DNA of 44,013 bases from an uncultured Bacillales bacterium (GTDB lineage: Bacteria > Bacillota_I > Bacilli_A > RFN20 > CAG-826): contig CAMKQK010000004.1 in NCBI GenBank assembly GCA_946414915.1, positions 1-44,013 of the forward strand. Reading direction: 5' to 3'. The notes below the pieces were generated by a model, which saw nothing but the letters and a program-made list of their open reading frames with translations, did no database searches and was not told where the DNA came from. Position numbers and translations under genes: made by a program. Position 1 is the stretch's first letter. Every line of letters begins with the position of its first letter. Positions 37,885 through 44,013 of this stretch are shown in pieces.

Positions 37885-38457
37885 TTACTTAATTAATTTA
37901 CCGTAAACTGTACCAGCACAGCCTGCTGCATTGCTTTCATCGGTATCGATGTGAGCGGCTAAAGCGAAGTCATCTCTAACACGAACGACGACATCACCGA
38001 AGACTAAGCTTCTACCTGGGCAGTTAACTTCTAATTTAACGATTTGACCGTTTTCAACGCCGAATTCAGCAGCATCCGCTGGTGTCATATGAATATGACG
38101 TTTGGCAACGATGCAGCCTTCAGCTAATTCGAGTTCACCAGCAGGACCAACTAATTTGATACCTGGAGTGCCGGCTAAATCACCAGATTCTCTAATGACG
38201 GCTGGAACGCCCAATGTTCTAGCATCAGTAGCACTGACTTCGACTTGACCCGCTTTTCTGAAAGGTCCGAGGATGGAGACATTAGCGATTGTCTTCTTTG
38301 GACCAACGATGTCTAAACGGGAAAAGGAAACGAATTGACCTGGTTGGGATAATGGCGCTCTAACTTCTAACTTAGCATCAGCGCCAAATAATATTTTGAA
38401 TTGTTCTTCAGTCACGTGAATGTGACGAGCACTTGTTTCTACTAAAATTTCTTTCAT
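37885..38457 (-). CDS. pduL: Phosphate propanoyltransferase / PduL-type phosphotransacylase
   Basis: SARHIH, LSQPGQF, RESGD, AKRHIHM, HIDTDE. Confidence 0.93.
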   Translation of the reverse strand: MKEILVETSARHIHVTEEQFKILFGADAKLEVRAPLSQPGQFVSFSRLDIVGPKKTIANVSILGPFRKAGQVEVSATDARTLGVPAVIRESGDLAGTPGIKLVGPAGELELAEGCIVAKRHIHMTPADAAEFGVENGQIVKLEVNCPGRSLVFGDVVVRVRDDFALAAHIDTDESNAAGCAGTVYGKLIK

Positions 38458-38586
38458 GAAATTGCCTTCTTTCTTGCGAATAGTATTCTATCAAAGTTCT
38501 TATTATTATTCATTAAAAATGAAATTAAATTTATTTTTTGTTGCAATAATGATATTTGTGTGCAAAATTAAGGCGAGGAAATTTTC

Positions 38587-40035
38587 ATGGAAGAAATCGT
38601 TGAAGAATTATTAACTGATCGCATACTTACCGCTGTTAAGAATCGCAACGCTAAGGAATTAAAAGAAATTTTCGAAGTAACGCCAAACATCGATATTGCG
38701 GAAGCATTAGACAAAGTTGATGACGCTGCTGTTTTCCTTTATATCTTTAGAACAGTTAATAGTGAATACACTAGTGATTTCTTCACAGAATTAACAAACG
38801 AGCAACAAGAGATGATCATCAATGCTTTCACCGATAAGCAATTGATTGAATTATTAGAGAACTCATTCGCTGACGATATCGTTGATGCATTGGAAGAAAT
38901 GCCTGCTAATGTCGTCGCAAGAGTGCTCAAAGCCTGCCCTGCTGATTTAAGAAAAGACGTCAATAACCTTTTAAACTACAAAGATAACACTGCTGGTTCA
39001 GTAATGACCACTGAGTATCTTGATATGAAAGATACCTTAACTGTTAAGGAAGCTTTAAAGATTATTCGTCAACGTGGTAAAGACGCAGAAACCGTTTATA
39101 CAGTTTTCGTGAGAGACTCCAAACGTAATCTTATGGGCACCATTAACTTGGATGATTTAATCTTTGCTAAAGATGATGAAGTTTTAAGTGACGTCATGGA
39201 TCGTGACTTTGTCACATGTAATGTTAACGATGACCAAGAAGAAGTCGCTAACATGTTCAAACGTTACGACCTTAACGCTATGGCGGTTGTGAACAATGAA
39301 AACAAAATCATTGGTATCATCACCATCGATGACGTGGTCGACATCATCGTTGAAGAAGCGACTGAAGATATCGCTCACTTAAATCAAATCTCTAACATGG
39401 ATGAACCTTATTTAAGGACTCCCGTTTATAAGTTAGTGATGAAGTGTGTGCCTTGGATTATCGTTTTGATTGTCTTACAAATGTTCTCCACTTTAATCAT
39501 TTCTAAATTTGAAGGAGCGATTGCCTCGTTAACACTCTTATCATTCTTCATGTCATTAGTGACTGACGCAGGTGGTAATGCTGGTGGCCAAACCACTACA
39601 CTTATCGTTCGTTCCATTTCTTTGGACGAATTTGGAAAGGGTGATTTCAAACGTGTTCTTTGGAAAGAATTACGTGTTGCTTTGTGCATTGCCGGTATAG
39701 TTGGCGTGTTTGCCTTTGGCTGGATTTTATTTGAAACAAGCGTGGGTATCGCTAACGTCCAAGAATCAATTGATAAAGTTAAAGAGACATTAGGTCTATC
39801 GCTATCCGCAATGAGCGTTAAATTAGTGGTCTCTGGTTTAATTGCTTCGACATTATTTGTGGCTATGATTGTTTCCCGTATGGTCGCATGTATGCTTCCA
39901 TTCTTAGCGAAAGCTGTGAGATTAGATCCAGCTGTTGTGTGTGGTCCTTTCACCACAACACTCGTTGATGTAATTACATTACTTACTTACTTCTTACTCT
40001 GGACATTATTGTTCGGACCAATGTTAGGACTTTAA
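38587..40035 (+). CDS. mgtE: Magnesium transporter
   Basis: MgtE_N domain, CBS pair (AGSVMT), GGNAGGQ, GPFTTTLVD. Confidence 0.95.
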   Translation: MEEIVEELLTDRILTAVKNRNAKELKEIFEVTPNIDIAEALDKVDDAAVFLYIFRTVNSEYTSDFFTELTNEQQEMIINAFTDKQLIELLENSFADDIVDALEEMPANVVARVLKACPADLRKDVNNLLNYKDNTAGSVMTTEYLDMKDTLTVKEALKIIRQRGKDAETVYTVFVRDSKRNLMGTINLDDLIFAKDDEVLSDVMDRDFVTCNVNDDQEEVANMFKRYDLNAMAVVNNENKIIGIITIDDVVDIIVEEATEDIAHLNQISNMDEPYLRTPVYKLVMKCVPWIIVLIVLQMFSTLIISKFEGAIASLTLLSFFMSLVTDAGGNAGGQTTTLIVRSISLDEFGKGDFKRVLWKELRVALCIAGIVGVFAFGWILFETSVGIANVQESIDKVKETLGLSLSAMSVKLVVSGLIASTLFVAMIVSRMVACMLPFLAKAVRLDPAVVCGPFTTTLVDVITLLTYFLLWTLLFGPMLGL

Positions 40036-40038
40036 TTT

Positions 40039-40536
40039 ATGAGCAAAAAAGAAAATACATGGGAACTAATCAAGTTCCTTATTACTGGTTTGGTATGCGC
40101 TGCAGCGGACTTTTTAACAACATCATTGTTCTTAAAAGTCTTCGCCTTTTTACCAGGTGCCGCTCAATCCGCTACCGCATTATTATTAGGATTTATCGTT
40201 GGTGTGTTTTTAAACTACATTTTATCAACATATTGGGTGTTTAAAGGCAAACAAGATAGCAAGGTGACTAAATCCGTAGGTTTTATTATCGCCTTTGTTA
40301 TTTTAAGTATTATTGCCTATGGTTTAAGTTATGGCACATATGAATTGTGCCGTATCATTATTAGCAATGGTCTTGGCTTAAATATTAATGAGGCTAATAT
40401 CGGTTATATCTTCCAACCAAAGCATTGGTTAGAAGCTTTATTCTGGTTATTCATCTTAGCGTTCTTCCTTAAGACTTTAGTGGGTCTTATTTGGAACTAT
40501 TTCACCAGAAAATATATCCTTTACCGTCGTAAATAA
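40039..40536 (+). CDS. GtrA family flippase-like protein
   Basis: IKFLITG, NYILSTYWVF, WNYFTRK. Confidence 0.85.
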   Translation: MSKKENTWELIKFLITGLVCAAADFLTTSLFLKVFAFLPGAAQSATALLLGFIVGVFLNYILSTYWVFKGKQDSKVTKSVGFIIAFVILSIIAYGLSYGTYELCRIIISNGLGLNINEANIGYIFQPKHWLEALFWLFILAFFLKTLVGLIWNYFTRKYILYRRK

Positions 40537-40558
40537 GGGCAATCATAAAAGTGAAATT

Positions 40559-40581
40559 CCGCGATTAATTCGCGGTTTTTT
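40559..40581 (+). terminator. Intrinsic terminator
   Basis: CCGCGA-TTAAT-TCGCGG-TTTTTT. Confidence 0.8.
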
Positions 40582-40645
40582 ATTTTTTTAGTGTCTTTAA
40601 CTTGTATTTAAGGTACATTTTAGGTTTTCATATTAATATCGAAAT

Positions 40646-41686
40646 ATGAAATTAAGAGTGGCCCTTGTTCCATCGTATGAACCAGATTTTAATCTACTCG
40701 AGGTCGCTAAAGAATTACTCGAGAATAATTTTAGTGTGGTTGTCGTTAATGATGGAAGCGAAGAAAAATATAATGAAGTATTTAATCAGCTTCCTAAAGA
40801 AGTCCATCTTTTGGCATACACCACGAACGGTGGTAAAGGCTATGCCTTAAAGCATGGTATGAAATATATTAAAGAACATTTTGAAGACTGCACAGTTGTG
40901 ACTATGGATTCAGATGGTCAGCACAAAGTAAAAGACGCCATTCGTATTTGTGAAGAATGTGAGAGCGTTGAGAAGTCGTCTTTAATTCTTGGTAGCCGTC
41001 ATTTTGATAAGAAAGCTCCTTTTAAAAGCCGATTTGGTAACTTCATGGCAAGAACATCGTTCTTAATCTCCACTCGTCATAAAATTTATGATACCCAAAC
41101 TGGTCTTAGAGCGTTTAATTCTGATCTATTAGATATGATGATTGGAATTAAAGGCGACCGTTATGAATATGAGATGAATGTTCTTTTAGAAACGATTAGA
41201 CGTGGTATCTCTATTAAAGAAGTAAGAATTGAAACAATTTATTTAAATAACAACGCTGGCACCCACTACAATCCTTTCAAGGATACGATGAAGATCTTCA
41301 AAGAAGTAATCAAGTTCTCTGCTTCATCATTAATTGGTTTTGGTGTGGACTATGCAGCGTATTCACTATTAACCCTTATTCCTACTGAATGGCCATATTG
41401 GTTAATTATGTGTAACATCATCGCTAGAATCATCAGTGCTTCTATTAATTTCACCATTAACTATAAGCTCGTGTTTAAGAGCAAGAGTAACGTCTTCCTC
41501 GCTATTGTTAAATATGCCTGTTTAGCCCTATTCATCTTAGGATGCGGAACATTATTCCTCTGGTTACTCGTAGATAAAGGCGGCATGAATAAATACCTTG
41601 CTAAAATCATTGTCGAGGTTACAATGTTTATTATCAGTTGGCTTATACAAAGACTATTTGTCTTTAGAAGAGGAAAGAAAGAGTGA
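40646..41686 (+). CDS. Bifunctional GT2 (Dol-P-Man synthase-like) / GtrA protein
   Basis: PSYEP, NDGS, GKGYALK, DSDGQH, DTQTGLR and a C-terminal GtrA domain. Confidence 0.92.
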   Translation: MKLRVALVPSYEPDFNLLEVAKELLENNFSVVVVNDGSEEKYNEVFNQLPKEVHLLAYTTNGGKGYALKHGMKYIKEHFEDCTVVTMDSDGQHKVKDAIRICEECESVEKSSLILGSRHFDKKAPFKSRFGNFMARTSFLISTRHKIYDTQTGLRAFNSDLLDMMIGIKGDRYEYEMNVLLETIRRGISIKEVRIETIYLNNNAGTHYNPFKDTMKIFKEVIKFSASSLIGFGVDYAAYSLLTLIPTEWPYWLIMCNIIARIISASINFTINYKLVFKSKSNVFLAIVKYACLALFILGCGTLFLWLLVDKGGMNKYLAKIIVEVTMFIISWLIQRLFVFRRGKKE

Positions 41687-42831
41687 AAAAGTTTATTTTA
41701 CCTATCGTTGCCACTTTAGTCGGTACGTGCTTTGTCACTTACTCTTTTCTTGATACTTTTGTCATCCCTAAAAATGGGCAAAAGATGAGTTTTAATAATA
41801 GCGCGATCGATATTCCTTTATGGTCCGTTCCTACTACTTCTAGTAGTTCTAAAAACACCACTAGCCAGTCTAGTAGCTCAAATAATACACAATCAACAAG
41901 TTCTAACTCATCTAACTTCTCAAGCATCATTCAACAACCATTACAAGCAGGTGAATACTACGAAGACAAAACCATCGAACAAATAGCCGCCTTATACACT
42001 CCGACAAAAGAGTTTGTTGAAAGAAAACATTATTCTGATCCCGATATTTATATCGATATCACCACTCATAGAGATAAAGACGACACTACTACATATTATG
42101 TAGCGGATATTAGAATTAAAAACTTAGGTTACTATAGAACCGCTTTAGCGCAAGATACATTTGGCAGAAACTACAACGAAAGAACAAGTGATCTTTGTAA
42201 CCGTAAAAAAGGCATTTTAGCGATTGATGGAGATACTTATGGTTCCCAAGAAGGTGGCTATGTCATTAGAAATGGCGTTGAGTATCGTTCCACTAAAAAG
42301 TTAGATAAACGCACTAACACAGGGAAAGCGGAAGATTTATTAATTAAGCGTGATGGCACATTTGAAATAATTGATGAACACGATACATCATTTGAAGAAG
42401 TGAGTGCCAAAAACCCTCTTCATGTTTTCTCTTTTGGTCCTGCCTTAGTCAAAGGACATCAAGTCAGTGTTGTTGAAGATGAAGAAGTTGGTACCGCTTT
42501 AGGCGGTAATAAAAACCAAAGATGCTGTATGGGTATCATTGCTCCTGGCCATTATGTTTTTGTGGTCTCAGATGGTAGAACAAGAGAAAGCTATGGTTTA
42601 TCACTTCTTTCACTTGCGGAGATCATGCAAGAATTACACTGTGAGACTGCTTATAACCTTGATGGAGGTGGCTCTGCCACTATGTACTTAGAAGATGGTA
42701 CAGGTAACGCGACTGGCTTAGGCCATTTAGTTAACTATCCTCATCAAAATACATCTGGTAGTTTACCAAGCAATCCACGTATGCAACAAAGGGAGGTGAG
42801 TGACATTGTTTACATCGGAAAAAATCTCTAA
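41683..42831 (+). CDS. Phosphodiester glycosidase (NAGPA) family exported protein
   Basis: FLDTFVIP, Ser linker, FSFGPALV, SDGR, AYNLDGGGSA, REVSDI. Confidence 0.88.
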   Translation: MKKFILPIVATLVGTCFVTYSFLDTFVIPKNGQKMSFNNSAIDIPLWSVPTTSSSSKNTTSQSSSSNNTQSTSSNSSNFSSIIQQPLQAGEYYEDKTIEQIAALYTPTKEFVERKHYSDPDIYIDITTHRDKDDTTTYYVADIRIKNLGYYRTALAQDTFGRNYNERTSDLCNRKKGILAIDGDTYGSQEGGYVIRNGVEYRSTKKLDKRTNTGKAEDLLIKRDGTFEIIDEHDTSFEEVSAKNPLHVFSFGPALVKGHQVSVVEDEEVGTALGGNKNQRCCMGIIAPGHYVFVVSDGRTRESYGLSLLSLAEIMQELHCETAYNLDGGGSATMYLEDGTGNATGLGHLVNYPHQNTSGSLPSNPRMQQREVSDIVYIGKNL

Positions 42832-43246
42832 AAATGTCATGCGCACCTTATTCACCTATATTGGTGTGACTTTGTTCATTATTTTGTTCTCCACTATTTA
42901 TGAATTAAATAGCCATAACGTTTATAGCGCTTATATGGTTTTTGCATTCCTCTATCCTTTAATCTTTGGAGTGGGAATGTACACCTTATTACGCTTAATT
43001 CCAATCGCAAAAGTGCCAGGAATGGTTCCATCCACTATTTATAATTTTGGTGTCGCTATGTTAACAGTGCGTAGCATTTTCATTGGTGTTTTAGATATTT
43101 ATGGCACCACTAATAAAATGATGGTTACTATTTATACCGTCTTAGCGTTAGCATTCATAATTATCGGATTTGGTCTATATTTATTTATTATTATTAAAGG
43201 AATAATAGAAAAACATCGAAAATCAAAAGGGCTAAGGATCGAATAA
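42800..43246 (+). CDS. Hypothetical four-TM membrane protein
   Basis: YELNSHNVYS..M and IYGTT; start uncertain. Confidence 0.75.
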   Translation: MTLFTSEKISKNVMRTLFTYIGVTLFIILFSTIYELNSHNVYSAYMVFAFLYPLIFGVGMYTLLRLIPIAKVPGMVPSTIYNFGVAMLTVRSIFIGVLDIYGTTNKMMVTIYTVLALAFIIIGFGLYLFIIIKGIIEKHRKSKGLRIE

Positions 43247-43251
43247 AAACT

Positions 43252-43272
43252 GCACTTTGAAGTGCTTTTTTT
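43252..43272 (+). terminator. Intrinsic terminator
   Basis: GCACTT-TG-AAGTGC inverted repeat plus T-run. Confidence 0.6.
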
Positions 43273-43329
43273 ATTTATTTTGAAAAACTTGTGACCTAAA
43301 ATAAAAGTGTATAAAGGAAGGTATATATA

Positions 43330-43851
43330 ATGAAAAAAGTTCTTCAATTTGCAGGGCTAATTTCTTTAGCCTTAGCAGCAGTTGCTTTTGTTTTAATGAT
43401 GGCTACACCTGCTGTCATCCAACCAGTCATTGGTGACACACAAACAGTTTATGCCGGTACAACAGCAATCTTTGGTAAAACCACATCAGCTGATGTCGTT
43501 ATTGGTACTTTAACAAATACCACAAAACCATCGGTCTTAGCTTTAATTGGTTGGATTCTCATTTTAGTTGCAATGATTATTCTTGCATTAGGTGTTATCC
43601 TCCCATTATTAAAAGTTAAAGCATTGGAAAAATTCTCTGGCGTCTTAGAAATCGCTGCATGCGCCGCTTTAGTCGTAGCAGGTATCTTCATGTTCTTAGT
43701 CGTTCCATCATTCTATGGTGCTAATGGCTGGGATGTCGGTGATAAGACACAAATCGGTGCTGGTTGGGTCATCGGCGGTATCGTTTCCATCGTTGCTGGT
43801 GCATTTGCCATTTTACCAGCCTGTGCAAACTTCTTTGGTAAAAAGAAATAA
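43330..43851 (+). CDS. Hypothetical four-TM membrane protein
   Basis: 173-aa hydrophobic ORF with an AAGG SD. Confidence 0.75.
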   Translation: MKKVLQFAGLISLALAAVAFVLMMATPAVIQPVIGDTQTVYAGTTAIFGKTTSADVVIGTLTNTTKPSVLALIGWILILVAMIILALGVILPLLKVKALEKFSGVLEIAACAALVVAGIFMFLVVPSFYGANGWDVGDKTQIGAGWVIGGIVSIVAGAFAILPACANFFGKKK

Positions 43852-43875
43852 TTAATTATTAAATTAATAGCAATT

Positions 43876-43900
43876 AGGGGGCTTTATAAGCCCTCTTTTT
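43876..43900 (+). terminator. Intrinsic terminator
   Basis: AGGGGGCTT-TAT-AAGCCCTCT-TTTT. Confidence 0.75.
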
Positions 43901-43965
43901 GTATCTTCTAGAAATAGTTCTTGTTTTTTATCGTGCGATTTCTTACAATAATCAAGCAGTTCGAT

Positions 43966-44013
43966 GCGCGAGTGGCGGAACTGGTAGACGCGTACGTTTG
44001 AGGGGCGTATAGG
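43966..44013 (+). tRNA. tRNA-Leu(GAG), truncated by the window end
   Basis: GCGCGAG-TGGCGGAACTGGTAGACGCG D-arm; anticodon arm TACGT-TTGAGGG-GCGTA. Confidence 0.9.

Noticed and set aside
32434-39956. Antisense ORFs such as 32434-32787 and 39426-39956, and the other short overlapping ORFs in the track
   Set aside because: They overlap well-supported genes on the opposite strand or frame and lack recognisable motifs
1-44013. Genetic code 4 (TGA = Trp) as in mycoplasmas
   Set aside because: Conserved genes are full-length under code 11, and TGA ends genes at 29870 and 41686

Overview
A low-GC, gene-dense chromosomal segment read with genetic code 11 (TGA is used as a stop). Gene content suggests a small-genome Bacillota/Bacilli bacterium, possibly an uncultured RF39/RFN20-like lineage (inference). 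The right two-thirds is mostly housekeeping: proS, coaD, rsmD, ylbF, def, rnj, maf, spx, trpS, pgm, rluA-family, hpf, metK with a SAM-I riboswitch, pduL, mgtE, a GtrA/GT2/NAGPA cluster, and tRNA genes. The window carries three dispersed tRNA-Ser genes and a truncated tRNA-Leu. The left third is accessory: an EAL phosphodiesterase, Ser-rich lipoproteins, a Trp T-box ABC transporter, and STAS, HD, GNAT and DUF805 genes. Two unexplained structures stand out. (1) An integron-like array of single-gene cassettes is stacked at the 3' CCA end of tRNA-Ser(GCT). Each cassette ends in a 30-bp motif terminating in CCA, followed 11-12 nt later by a terminator, and there is no integrase in the window. (2) A Trp T-box is followed by an unannotated 11-codon Trp leader peptide embedded in a long hairpin that covers the transporter's Shine-Dalgarno, suggesting two tiers of Trp sensing. 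Many genes also appear to be leaderless.
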